From the NCBI GenBank assembly GCA_050175015.1, contig JBFXJJ010000009.1:29937-93936 (forward strand): a DNA stretch of 64,000 bases, given 5' to 3'. Of the stretch, positions 51,120-60,605 are shown piece by piece (the stretch's first letter is position 1; each line of letters opens with the position of its first letter). The stretch is from Alphaproteobacteria bacterium. Its GTDB lineage: Bacteria > Pseudomonadota > Alphaproteobacteria > JBFXJJ01. Below the pieces are notes generated by a model. That model saw nothing but the letters and a program-made list of their open reading frames with translations, was not told the origin of the DNA and made no database searches. Position numbers and translations under genes: made by a program.

Positions 51120-51716
51120 ATGACAGTCTATCTTATTATTATTTCTTGCATCTTGGGTTATCTTCTAGGGTCTATTCCTTTTGGACTTGTTATTGTACGC
51201 CTTGCGGGCCTTGGTGATATTAGGAAAATAGGTTCAGGGAATATTGGGGCGACGAACGTTTTAAGAACAGGGCGTAAAGATTTAACAGCTTTAACGCTTA
51301 TTTGTGATTCAGGAAAGGCTGCTTTAGCAGCTTTTTTAGCATTTAAGTATTTTGGCTCTCAGGAAATTGGGCTTTTAACAGGCTGCCTTAGTGTCCTTGG
51401 TCATAACTTTCCCGTGTGGTTAAAATTTAAAGGCGGCAAAGGTGTTGCTACAACTATAGGCGTTATGCTTGTTACGTCTTTCTATTCTGGAGCATCAGTT
51501 TGCGCTATCTGGCTTTTTATGGCATTCGTTTTCAAAAAGTCATCATTATCAGCATTAACAGCCTTGTTTTTAGCGCCATTCTTGGGTTTTTATTTTGCTG
51601 GGGCGAATGTTGCGATTTTTTATGCTTTTCTGACAATTCTTTCTTTTATAAGACATCACGAAAATATTAAAAGGCTTTTAAGAGGCGAGGAAAGCAATAT
51701 AAAAATAAACAAATAG
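51120..51716 (+). CDS. plsY: Acyl-phosphate:glycerol-3-phosphate acyltransferase
   Basis: YLLGSIPFG, GSGNIGATN, GHNFP..FKGGKGVAT, RHHENIKRL. Confidence 0.96.
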   Translation: MTVYLIIISCILGYLLGSIPFGLVIVRLAGLGDIRKIGSGNIGATNVLRTGRKDLTALTLICDSGKAALAAFLAFKYFGSQEIGLLTGCLSVLGHNFPVWLKFKGGKGVATTIGVMLVTSFYSGASVCAIWLFMAFVFKKSSLSALTALFLAPFLGFYFAGANVAIFYAFLTILSFIRHHENIKRLLRGEESNIKINK

Positions 51717-51725
51717 CGGAAAGAA

Positions 51726-52886
51726 TTGAATGTTATGATTTTTTCCCGCTTTCAGATGAATGATGAACAAAGATTAAATTGGCTGCGGCTTATTCGCAGT
51801 GATAACATTGGTGTTATAACTTTTTTTGAATTGCTGCAACGTTTTGGTTCAGCGGAAAATGCGCTTGATGCTATTCCTAAAATTTCTAAAATAAGCACGA
51901 AAAATTTTAAAATATGTTCAAGAGAAAAAGCTCAGGAAGAAATAGATTACCTAGATAAAATTAAGGCTAAAATAATCACACTGTGTGATCCAGAGTATCC
52001 GCCTCTTTTGGCAGAAATAGCAGATCCCCCGCCTATAATAATAGCTAAGGGTAATTTTGATATTTTAACTAAAAAGTCCGTAGCTATTGTTGGGGCAAGA
52101 AATGCTTCGATAAGTGGTAAAAAACTGGCTTATGAAACAGCTGTTGGACTTGTTAGTTCTGACATTACGGTGGTATCTGGAATGGCTAGAGGAATTGATA
52201 CCGCGGCTCACGAAGGTGCCCTAAGCAGTAAAGGAGCAACAATTGCGGTTTTGGGAACAGGTGTAGATGTTGTTTATCCTTATGAAAACACAAAGCTTTA
52301 TCATCAATTATGTAGTGAAGGAGTGGTGATTTCAGAGTTTCCTTGTAAGACTTCTCCACAGCCGCAGAATTTTCCCCGACGCAACCGTATTATTTCTGGA
52401 ATTTCTGAAGCTGTTGCCGTTATTGAGGCATCTCTCAAATCTGGTTCTCTTATTACCGCAAGGACAGCCCTTGAGCAAAACCGTGAAATATTTGCAATCC
52501 CTGGCTCTCCTAAGGATCCTAGAGCGGGCGGGCCTAATAGCTTGATAAGAAATGGCGCCAATCTGCTGGAATCGTATGAAGACATTATTAAGGTTTTAGC
52601 TGATAGAAACTTTGTTAATTATGAAAATCGTAAAATTATTAAGCAAAAAGAGCAAACAAGCTTTGATTTTTGTAAAAAAGATGATTATTTTGAAAAGCCT
52701 ATACAAAATATTAACGAAACTCGAGAGACAATCATTAATATGATTGGCAAAGCTCCTGTATGCATTGATGACATCATAAGGGTTTGTTCATTGTCTAACA
52801 GTGAAATATCTATGATTCTTTTAGAACTTGAACTAGAAGGAAAGCTTGAAAGACATATAGGAAATAGGGTATCTCTAATAGATTAA
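51726..52886 (+). CDS. dprA: DNA-processing protein DprA
   Basis: AIVGARNAS, SGMARGIDTAAH, FPRRNRIISG, SGSLITA; true start may be ATG 51735 or 51756. Confidence 0.95.
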   Translation: MNVMIFSRFQMNDEQRLNWLRLIRSDNIGVITFFELLQRFGSAENALDAIPKISKISTKNFKICSREKAQEEIDYLDKIKAKIITLCDPEYPPLLAEIADPPPIIIAKGNFDILTKKSVAIVGARNASISGKKLAYETAVGLVSSDITVVSGMARGIDTAAHEGALSSKGATIAVLGTGVDVVYPYENTKLYHQLCSEGVVISEFPCKTSPQPQNFPRRNRIISGISEAVAVIEASLKSGSLITARTALEQNREIFAIPGSPKDPRAGGPNSLIRNGANLLESYEDIIKVLADRNFVNYENRKIIKQKEQTSFDFCKKDDYFEKPIQNINETRETIINMIGKAPVCIDDIIRVCSLSNSEISMILLELELEGKLERHIGNRVSLID

Positions 52887-52904
52887 GGAAGTTTTGAGGA
52901 TAGA

Positions 52905-55481
52905 ATGAACGTTGTAGTAGTTGAATCACCAGCCAAAGCTAAGACCATAAATAAATATCTTGGCAAAAATTATAAGGTTATAGCTAGCTTTGGTCATATT
53001 AGAGATTTGCCCAGCAAGGACGGTTCGGTAAAACCCGATGACGACTTTGCTATGACTTGGGAAATAGAAGCCAAGAACGAAAAGCATATTAAAGAGATTG
53101 TTGCAGCTATTAAAGATGCTGATACTGTTATTCTCGCTACCGACCCTGATCGTGAAGGAGAAGCCATTGCTTGGCATATTGTTGAGGAACTTAATAAGCG
53201 CAAAAAATTAAAAGACAAAGATATTAAAAGAGTCGTTTTTAACGAGATTACTAAAAATGCGGTTTTAACCGCTATGAAAAACCCAAGAGAAATTGATGCG
53301 GCCTTAGTCGATGCTTATTTAGCAAGACGTTCTTTAGATTATTTGGTTGGTTTTACAATTTCGCCAGTGTTATGGCGCAAGCTTCCTGGTTGTAAATCCG
53401 CAGGCAGGGTACAGTCTGTTGCTTTAAGGCTGATTTGCGAAAGAGAAGGCGAGATTGAAAAATTTAAAACGCAAGAATACTGGACGATAGACGCCGATTT
53501 AACAACAACTAGCAAAGCTTTGTTAACCTCAAGACTAACTTATTTAGATGGCAAAAAATTAGATAAGTTTAGCATTCCTTCTCAGGCTAAAGCTGAAGAC
53601 GCGGTTGATAAAATCAAGAAATCATCTTTTAGAATCAGTCGTATCGCTAGAAAACAAGTCGCAAGATATACCGCCCCTCCATTTACAACATCAACCCTGC
53701 AACAAGAAGCTGCTCGTAAGTTATATTTTTCGGCATCAAAAACAATGACGATAGCTCAAAAGCTTTATGAAGGAATTGAGCTTTCAGGAGAGGTTACAGG
53801 TCTTATCACATATATGAGAACTGACGGCGTTCAAATGTCAGTTGAAGCTATAAATGATGCTCGTAAATATATTGATAAAGAATTTGGGGAAAAATATCTT
53901 CCTAAAACCCCTAAAATTTATAAAACGAAGGCTAAAAATGCTCAAGAGGCGCACGAGGCAATTCGTCCTACCGATATTTTTAGAACTCCAAAAAGTCTAG
54001 AGAAGTTTTTAGACAGAGATCAAATGAGGCTTTATGAATTGGTTTGGAACCGTACGGTAGCGAGCCAAATGGAAAATGCTCTTTTCGATCAGCTGGTCAT
54101 AGATTCTGCATCACAAGATGATTTAATCGTTATGCGCTCAACTGGACAGGTAATGCTTTTTGATGGCTTCATTAGGTTATATCACGAAGATATTGATGAT
54201 GAGCTAGAAGAAGGTGAAAAAGTTCTGCCTAATGTAACAGAGGGTGAAGCTTTAAGTTTGGGCAAAGTTGTTCCTCTCCAGCATTTTACCCAGCCGCCTC
54301 CAAGATATTCTGAAGCAAGCTTGGTTAAAAAGTTAGAAGAGCTGGGTATAGGTCGTCCATCAACCTATGCTTCCATTATTTCGGTTCTTCAGACTAGAAA
54401 ATATGTAATACTAGATAACAGAAGGTTTATCCCTGAGGATAGGGGGCGAATAGTTACGGCCTTTTTAGAAAATTATTTTAATCAATATGTTCAATATAAC
54501 TGGACAGCAGAATTGGAAGATAAGCTTGATGATATTTCGGATCAAAAGCTTAACTGGAAAGATGTTTTAAAAGATTTCTGGGTCGATTTTGCTAAGGCTG
54601 TAAGTGATATTTCACCGCTTACAATTACGGAAGTTTTAAACACGCTTGATGAAGTATTGGGCGACCATTTCTTCCCTGAGAAGGAAGACGGTTCCGATCC
54701 TAGGAAATGTCCTAAATGTGCCGATGGCAGAATTTCGATTAAGATTGGCAAATTTGGAGCATTTTTAGGGTGTTCTAATTATCCCGATTGTAATTTTACA
54801 AGCCAGCTGAATATCGAAGGCGAAGACAAAGACATCGCTGAAAATGAAAACAAGGTTTTAGGCACAGATACGGCAACAGGGTTAGATGTTACTCTAAAGA
54901 AAGGTCCTTATGGGTATTATATCCAACTGGGAGAAGCCGAGAAGGGCAGTAAAGTTAAGCCAAAACGCTGCGCTATTCCTAAGGAAATAGAGCTTGCGGA
55001 TATAGACTTAACCTTAGCGCAAAAACTTTTATCCTTGCCGAGAGAAATAGGGGATCACCCTGAAACAGGCGAAAAAATTTCTGCTGGGATTGGACGTTTT
55101 GGACCTTATTTAAAAATTGGTTCCAAGTTTAAGTCTCTACCTAAAGGCGACAGCGTTCTTGATGTCGGTTTGGATAGAGCGGTTGAGCTGCTTTCGGCAA
55201 AAGTGAAAGAAATGCCTGCGCAGGTAATTGGAAAACACCCCGATGATGGCGTTGAAATCACCTTAAATTCTGGACGTTTTGGGCTTTATATTAAACACGG
55301 CAAAGTTAACGCTGCTATTCCTAAGGATATGAAAGATAAAGAGCTTACCTTAGAAGATGCGGTTACCATTCTTAAAAACAAAAAGCCATCAACCAAAACA
55401 AAAAAAACAGCAACAAAAAAAACAGCGTCTAAAGCTAAGACGACATCAAAAAAGACTAAGAAGACAAAGGCTGAAGAATAA
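52905..55481 (+). CDS. topA: DNA topoisomerase I
   Basis: VESPAKAK, ATDPDREGE, SAGRVQS, ITYMRTD, zinc ribbon, G.FG.Y repeats. Confidence 0.97.
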   Translation: MNVVVVESPAKAKTINKYLGKNYKVIASFGHIRDLPSKDGSVKPDDDFAMTWEIEAKNEKHIKEIVAAIKDADTVILATDPDREGEAIAWHIVEELNKRKKLKDKDIKRVVFNEITKNAVLTAMKNPREIDAALVDAYLARRSLDYLVGFTISPVLWRKLPGCKSAGRVQSVALRLICEREGEIEKFKTQEYWTIDADLTTTSKALLTSRLTYLDGKKLDKFSIPSQAKAEDAVDKIKKSSFRISRIARKQVARYTAPPFTTSTLQQEAARKLYFSASKTMTIAQKLYEGIELSGEVTGLITYMRTDGVQMSVEAINDARKYIDKEFGEKYLPKTPKIYKTKAKNAQEAHEAIRPTDIFRTPKSLEKFLDRDQMRLYELVWNRTVASQMENALFDQLVIDSASQDDLIVMRSTGQVMLFDGFIRLYHEDIDDELEEGEKVLPNVTEGEALSLGKVVPLQHFTQPPPRYSEASLVKKLEELGIGRPSTYASIISVLQTRKYVILDNRRFIPEDRGRIVTAFLENYFNQYVQYNWTAELEDKLDDISDQKLNWKDVLKDFWVDFAKAVSDISPLTITEVLNTLDEVLGDHFFPEKEDGSDPRKCPKCADGRISIKIGKFGAFLGCSNYPDCNFTSQLNIEGEDKDIAENENKVLGTDTATGLDVTLKKGPYGYYIQLGEAEKGSKVKPKRCAIPKEIELADIDLTLAQKLLSLPREIGDHPETGEKISAGIGRFGPYLKIGSKFKSLPKGDSVLDVGLDRAVELLSAKVKEMPAQVIGKHPDDGVEITLNSGRFGLYIKHGKVNAAIPKDMKDKELTLEDAVTILKNKKPSTKTKKTATKKTASKAKTTSKKTKKTKAEE

Positions 55482-55507
55482 CAAAACATTATAACTGGAG
55501 TCAGAGA

Positions 55508-57496
55508 TTGCCTAAGAAAAAACATTTTCCGAGTAAATCTGAGCTTTTAAAATATATTGAAGAAAACCCAGATAAAGTTGGTAAAAGAGAGATTGCCAAA
55601 GCCTTTTCGATTAAAGGTGATGATAGAATTGTTTTAAAGCAGCTTTTAAAAGAGCTTAGCGATGAAGGTCATCTGGTAAAAAAACGTAAAAAGAGACCTT
55701 TAAAAATAGCTAATCAAATTAATGAAGGCGTCTCTTCTCTAATTGTTGGTGTTTTTAGGCAGAAACGTGGCGGCGGGGTTGTTGAGCCTGCCGATAATAA
55801 AATTCCGTTTTGTTTTAAAATCTCACCTGTTGATGCTGCAAAATTTAATAATGATGATTTACTGGTTGTCGAACCAGATGCTTCTAATCCTTACTCTGGG
55901 TTTGCCAAAGTCGTAGACAGCTACGGCAATTATCTTTCAACCAAGGCTCTTCCTATAATAGAAATAATTAAGCAGGATATTCCTTTTATTTTTTCCGATA
56001 AAGTTAAGAATGAAGCTAAAGAAATTAAGCCCGCTTCAATGAAGAACAGAATAGATATGAGAGATATTCCGTTGGTAACAATCGATGGAGAGACGGCAAA
56101 AGACTTTGATGATGCTGTTTTTGCGGAGCCAGATAAGAGTTCTAAGAATAAGGGCGGCTGGCATTTGATTGTGGCAATTTCTGATGTTGCATCATATATC
56201 CACTCGCAAACAGCGCTTGATTATGAGGCAAGAGAAAGAGGCAACTCCGTTTATTTTCCTCAAGGTGTTGTTCCAATGCTGCCTAAAGAAGTTTCGAATG
56301 ATTTAGGCTCGCTAAAACAAGGAGAGGACAGACCTTGTATTGCTGTTCATATTTGGATAGATAAAGAAGGAAACAAGCTAAAGCATAAGTTTGAAAGAGT
56401 TATGATAAATTCGGCAGCTCGTCTTACTTATGTCGAGGTGCAGGATATTCTTGACGGCAAAACTAAACCAAGCCAAAAGCTGCAAAATATTATTAATCCT
56501 CTTTATGGGGCTTATCTATCACTTGCTAAGGCGAGAGATAAAAGAGAAACGCTTGATTTTGATATTCCTGAAAAAGAAGCAGTTATTAATGCGGAAGATG
56601 TTATTGTTGCAATTGAGCCTGAAGAACGTTTTGAAAGCAATAAATTAATAGAAGAATTTATGATATTGGCAAACGTTTGTGCGGCTGAAGAGCTGGAAAA
56701 ATTTGAATATCCCATTATGTACCGTATTCACGAGATTCCAACTCCAGAAAAACGGCAGCATCTTTTTGATTTTTTAAAAACGATAGGCGTTCCACTGCCT
56801 ATGGGTAAGAGTTTTGTTGCGGAATATTATAATCAAATTCTTGCGAGTGTCCGTGATAATCCCCTTGAGAACATTGTTAAGCAAATGGTTTTAAGATGCC
56901 AGTCTCAGGCTAAATATGCGCCTGAAAATGTTGGACACTTCGGTCTGGCTCTAAGTCATTATGTTCACTTTACATCACCAATTAGAAGATATGCGGATCT
57001 TATGGTGCATAGGGCTTTAATTTCAGCCTTGGGCTTTGGCGAAGACGGGCTTTCTAAAAAAGATATTTTAAAATTTGAAGAAACGGCAGAACATATCAGT
57101 TTAACCGAACGCAAAGCAATGACGATTGAGCGTCAAACCATGGATCGTTTTGTGGCGGTTTATATGCGTGATAAAATAGAAAACACCTTTGTTGGTACGG
57201 TAACAGGAGTAACAACCGCAGGTCTTTTTGTTACGCTTGAGGAAAGCGGTGCTGACGGTTTGGTTCCAATGCGCAGCTTGCCCGGGGGAAGATATGAATT
57301 TGATGAAAAAGCGCAATGCTTAAGAGGAGATAGAATTTACCGTTTAGGTGATGAAATTGATATTGTCTTAAAGGAAGCGGAGCCTTTAACTGGACATTTG
57401 CTTTTTTCTTGTGTTGAAACTGACTATGAGCCAGTTAAAAAGATAGTTAAAAAACCCCAAAATAAAATCCCAAGGAAAGGTAAGCGCAGGAAGTGA
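55508..57496 (+). CDS. rnr: Ribonuclease R
   Basis: TIDG..AKDFDDA, RGNSVY, IEEFMILAN, HFTSPIRRYADL.VHR, C-terminal S1 domain. Confidence 0.93.
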   Translation: MPKKKHFPSKSELLKYIEENPDKVGKREIAKAFSIKGDDRIVLKQLLKELSDEGHLVKKRKKRPLKIANQINEGVSSLIVGVFRQKRGGGVVEPADNKIPFCFKISPVDAAKFNNDDLLVVEPDASNPYSGFAKVVDSYGNYLSTKALPIIEIIKQDIPFIFSDKVKNEAKEIKPASMKNRIDMRDIPLVTIDGETAKDFDDAVFAEPDKSSKNKGGWHLIVAISDVASYIHSQTALDYEARERGNSVYFPQGVVPMLPKEVSNDLGSLKQGEDRPCIAVHIWIDKEGNKLKHKFERVMINSAARLTYVEVQDILDGKTKPSQKLQNIINPLYGAYLSLAKARDKRETLDFDIPEKEAVINAEDVIVAIEPEERFESNKLIEEFMILANVCAAEELEKFEYPIMYRIHEIPTPEKRQHLFDFLKTIGVPLPMGKSFVAEYYNQILASVRDNPLENIVKQMVLRCQSQAKYAPENVGHFGLALSHYVHFTSPIRRYADLMVHRALISALGFGEDGLSKKDILKFEETAEHISLTERKAMTIERQTMDRFVAVYMRDKIENTFVGTVTGVTTAGLFVTLEESGADGLVPMRSLPGGRYEFDEKAQCLRGDRIYRLGDEIDIVLKEAEPLTGHLLFSCVETDYEPVKKIVKKPQNKIPRKGKRRK

Positions 57497-59070
57497 AGAA
57501 GTTTTTAGTATGTTTTATGCTAATAATTGCGGTTCCTATAAGCGTTAAAGCTTGGTGGGCAGATGGTCTCTTGCGTTTTGATGATTATCCTGTAGCTGCG
57601 GAAGAAGAGTATTTTAAGGCTCTTTATTCTGATATTTATGAAAAATATCTTTGGCAGAAAAAACTGCTTGATTTAACAACAACCGCCGTAACCGCTCTTA
57701 ATACTTTGGATCAAAATGTCAGAGTTGCTATCGAGGCGGATAGATTTTTAGTCTATAACAACAACTCAATGATTAAGAGTTTCAAAATTCCGAAAGAAGG
57801 TAAATCATATCTCAAAGACTGGGCAAGATTCACCGTTGAAGTTATTGTCGCTTCGCGTTCGCAGTCTCAAAAAATTAAAGCCCTCAGAGCTGTTGATGTT
57901 CACAAGATTATGACCGAAGCTGTTATGGATACGCTGGATAGTTTTTCTCATTACATCATTAGGGAAGATACCACCGATGCTTCCGAAGACTTTTTTGCGG
58001 AAACAGGTCTTAGATTAAAAAAAACGGGGCGCATTTTGGAGGTTGTCTCAATCGTTGCAGGTTCTAGTGCCGAAGATGCAGATATTAATATTGGTGATTT
58101 TATTACTCATATTGATGGTGAAGAAATATCGCCTATGGATTCGCAAATGCTGATTGATAGACTTAACGGCAAAAAAGGCAGTTTTGTAAAGCTTACCGTT
58201 GTTAATCATAATAGTTTTGTAGCCGAAGATGTTAAGCTTATGAGGACTAAAATCGCTCCCAGTCCAATAGCTGCCGAGCTGAAAGATGATATTTTGTTTA
58301 TTGTGATTTATGGTTTTAACAAAGCAACCGCTGGTGCAATTAAGGAGGCGGTGTTTAATGCCACAATCGCAAAAGATAAGGACGGCAACAGCACCGTTAA
58401 AAATCTTAAGGGTATCGTAATTGATTTGCGAAGCAATTTAGGCGGAATTTTTGAGCAAGCTGTAGAGACGGCAGATTTGTTTTTAGACAATGGTCCTATT
58501 GTTTTTGCCAGAGGACGGCACGATGAATCTTTTCAATATTATGAAGCCTCAAAAAGTGTAATTGTTCCGACGGCGATTCCTATGGTGGTTATAATTGATG
58601 GTAAGACAGCCTCATCATCTGAGGTTTTAGCCGCAGCTCTGCAAGATAATGGCAGAGCCGTTGTGGCTGGTACAACATCTTATGGCAAAGGGACGATACA
58701 GACCGTTATGAAGCTTCCAGATGGCAATGAACTGTCATTAACGTGGTCAAGATTCTATGCCCCATCGGGGTATTCTCTGCATTCGCAAGGGGTTTTGCCT
58801 AGTATTTGTTATCCCGACAGATCTTTAGCGAAAGATGAAGATGTTATAACTAAAACGGCTGATAATTATAAAAATATTAGCCGCAAGCTGTATGATTGGC
58901 GCAGAACTAACCCTGACGATAAAAAACTTCATCAAATTCAACGTGAAATATGCCCGCCGCAGATTCGTTTTGCCGAAAAAGATGACCTTCAATTGGCTAA
59001 AGAAATAATCTTAAATGCCGAGGTTTATAAAAAAGTTATTGCAAATTCGGTATTTTTTATAAGTTATTAA
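57493..59070 (+). CDS. S41-family C-terminal processing protease (PDZ)
   Basis: Signal peptide; PDZ; IDLRSNLGG, TASSSE, SYGKGTIQ. Confidence 0.9.
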   Translation: MKKFLVCFMLIIAVPISVKAWWADGLLRFDDYPVAAEEEYFKALYSDIYEKYLWQKKLLDLTTTAVTALNTLDQNVRVAIEADRFLVYNNNSMIKSFKIPKEGKSYLKDWARFTVEVIVASRSQSQKIKALRAVDVHKIMTEAVMDTLDSFSHYIIREDTTDASEDFFAETGLRLKKTGRILEVVSIVAGSSAEDADINIGDFITHIDGEEISPMDSQMLIDRLNGKKGSFVKLTVVNHNSFVAEDVKLMRTKIAPSPIAAELKDDILFIVIYGFNKATAGAIKEAVFNATIAKDKDGNSTVKNLKGIVIDLRSNLGGIFEQAVETADLFLDNGPIVFARGRHDESFQYYEASKSVIVPTAIPMVVIIDGKTASSSEVLAAALQDNGRAVVAGTTSYGKGTIQTVMKLPDGNELSLTWSRFYAPSGYSLHSQGVLPSICYPDRSLAKDEDVITKTADNYKNISRKLYDWRRTNPDDKKLHQIQREICPPQIRFAEKDDLQLAKEIILNAEVYKKVIANSVFFISY

Positions 59071-59090
59071 GATTAAAGAGATTAAAAGGC

Positions 59091-59118
59091 TTGACTTTGC
59101 TGCTATCTTCGTTATTGT
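59091..59118 (+). promoter_or_regulatory. Probable sigma70 promoter of rpmG
   Basis: TTGACT-16 nt-TATTGT. Confidence 0.4.
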
Positions 59119-59163
59119 TTTCTTTTATTATTAATAACCATTGAAGAATTGTTTAGGTGCGTT

Positions 59164-59331
59164 ATGGCAAAACCAGTTGTGATCCAAGTCAAACTTGAAA
59201 GTACTGCGGGAACAGGATATTTCTATGTAACCAAAAAGAATCCAAGAAATCTTACTGAAAAGTTGGTTATGAAAAAATATGATCCCAAAGTTCGCAAGCA
59301 CGTTGAGTTTAAAGAAACCAAACTCAAATAG
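59164..59331 (+). CDS. rpmG: 50S ribosomal protein L33
   Basis: [23 protein letters not shown]...[13 protein letters not shown]. Confidence 0.97.
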   Translation: MAKPVVIQVKLESTAGTGYFYVTKKNPRNLTEKLVMKKYDPKVRKHVEFKETKLK

Positions 59332-59362
59332 TAGCTTTAGTACTTTATGAAAAAAGTTTTTT

Positions 59363-59394
59363 AAAAATAGTGCATTTATTGCACTATTTTTTTT
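59363..59394 (+). terminator. Terminator after rpmG
   Basis: AAAAATAGTGCA-TTTAT-TGCACTATTTTT. Confidence 0.8.
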
Positions 59395-59455
59395 GTAAAT
59401 TTTTTTGCTTTTACTAAAGGCAGAAAGATAAAATATTTTGTTGCGGAGGTTTTTA

Positions 59456-59677
59456 ATGTTTATAAAAGAAAAAGATTATATAGATTTTAAAATTACGGCG
59501 GAAAAGTTACAGTCAGAACTTGAAAAGCTAAGGAAACTTCCCTTTCTTGTCGGCATTGAAGATTTAGATGATATGACAACTTTTATATTTTGCAAAGATG
59601 AGCAATTTTATGCTGTCGATACGATTGTAACCAGCAATAATTTAGAAAAATTAAAACAAGATTTACTTAATAAATAA
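59456..59677 (+). CDS. Small hypothetical protein
   Basis: GGAGG RBS before ATG 59456; 73 aa; no recognised motif. Confidence 0.5.
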   Translation: MFIKEKDYIDFKITAEKLQSELEKLRKLPFLVGIEDLDDMTTFIFCKDEQFYAVDTIVTSNNLEKLKQDLLNK

Positions 59678-59730
59678 AACCGAGTTTAGATTGTTTGATA
59701 CTTTAGATAAGAGTATTTTGCGATTTTAAA

Positions 59731-59794
59731 AAAAGTTTTGATTTTACTTTTACAAAAGTAAAGCTGTCGGCAGGCATTTGCCGTGAGGCAAAAT
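59731..59794 (+). repeat. Intergenic palindromic repeat, copy 4
   Basis: AAAAGTTTTGATTTTACTTTTACAAAAGTAAAGCTGTCGGCAGGCATTTGCCGTGAGGCAAAAT. Confidence 0.72.
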
Positions 59795-59825
59795 TATAAA
59801 CTTAATAAAACTTCTAGCGATATAA

Positions 59826-59859
59826 AAAAACCGTTTAAGTTGTTTCTTAAACGGTTTTT
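59826..59859. terminator. Bidirectional terminator
   Basis: AAAAACCGTTTAAG...CTTAAACGGTTTTT. Confidence 0.82.
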
Positions 59860-59866
59860 ATTTTGA

Positions 59867-60208
59867 TTAACGGTTGTTTGCCCTGTTTTGCAAATCTTTA
59901 ATGCTTATTTTAGCAGGTTCAACAGGTTTGTAATTAGGATCAACTTGTTCATATACGGCATTAATGGCATTGATATGATCATTCATCATTTTTTCCATGG
60001 ATTTATAAGCATTGTATCCAACGGTTGCGGTATAGAATACAATAGTTCCAACTATGGCAAGCCTTGCTGCCGTTCCCAGAGGTCTGGTTAGGATATTCTT
60101 ATTTTCAAAAGATGCTTTTTTGCGGCTGGCATCTTCACCACGTCTTACTTGACCATACACTTTTATTTGTTTGCTTTTAGCAAATCTTTCTAAATTTTTT
60201 TCTGTCAT
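59867..60208 (-). CDS. Hypothetical single-TM protein; candidate exported effector
   Basis: Central hydrophobic helix; C-terminus ISIKDLQNRANNR; start overlaps the upstream stop. Confidence 0.6.
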   Translation of the reverse strand: MTEKNLERFAKSKQIKVYGQVRRGEDASRKKASFENKNILTRPLGTAARLAIVGTIVFYTATVGYNAYKSMEKMMNDHINAINAVYEQVDPNYKPVEPAKISIKDLQNRANNR

Positions 60209-60519
60209 TTTTGTTCTCTATTATTAGGTAAAATATCCTTTTTTATAATCTTTGCTAAATAATTATATTTGAATTTTTCATTTTTATCAATCTCTCCAAC
60301 CATAATTTCATTAAGTTGTAGAAATTTTTGTAAAATATCAGGATGTATGCCTTCTAAAAAAACGGCATCATTGGGAGTGCGATATAAAAAGGCGTTACCA
60401 TTTTCGGCAACAAGAATTTTGGGAGATACCGGCTCTTCTTCCTTAGCTGGCAAAGAGAGCATTAATTCGCCATCATCATTTTCAAATATAAGAAAATCAT
60501 CTTGAGTGTTTTTTGACAT
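60205..60519 (-). CDS. Hypothetical small acidic protein, paralog of 47200-47631
   Basis: FLIFENDDGELMLSLPAKEEEPVSPKILVAENGNAFLYR...FLEGIH. Confidence 0.7.
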   Translation of the reverse strand: MSKNTQDDFLIFENDDGELMLSLPAKEEEPVSPKILVAENGNAFLYRTPNDAVFLEGIHPDILQKFLQLNEIMVGEIDKNEKFKYNYLAKIIKKDILPNNREQK

Positions 60520-60605
60520 TTATTTTTTTAACCTGTTAAATGGTTATCACTATTATTTTTTAATAAGCGGTTTTGGATAGAATTGCTAGTTATTTTATAA
60601 AAATC

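Noticed and set aside
55370-57496. Lys-rich C-termini of TopA and RNase R as members of the tag family
   Set aside because: Basic tails are normal for these proteins, and they lack the amphipathic Asn-rich pattern.
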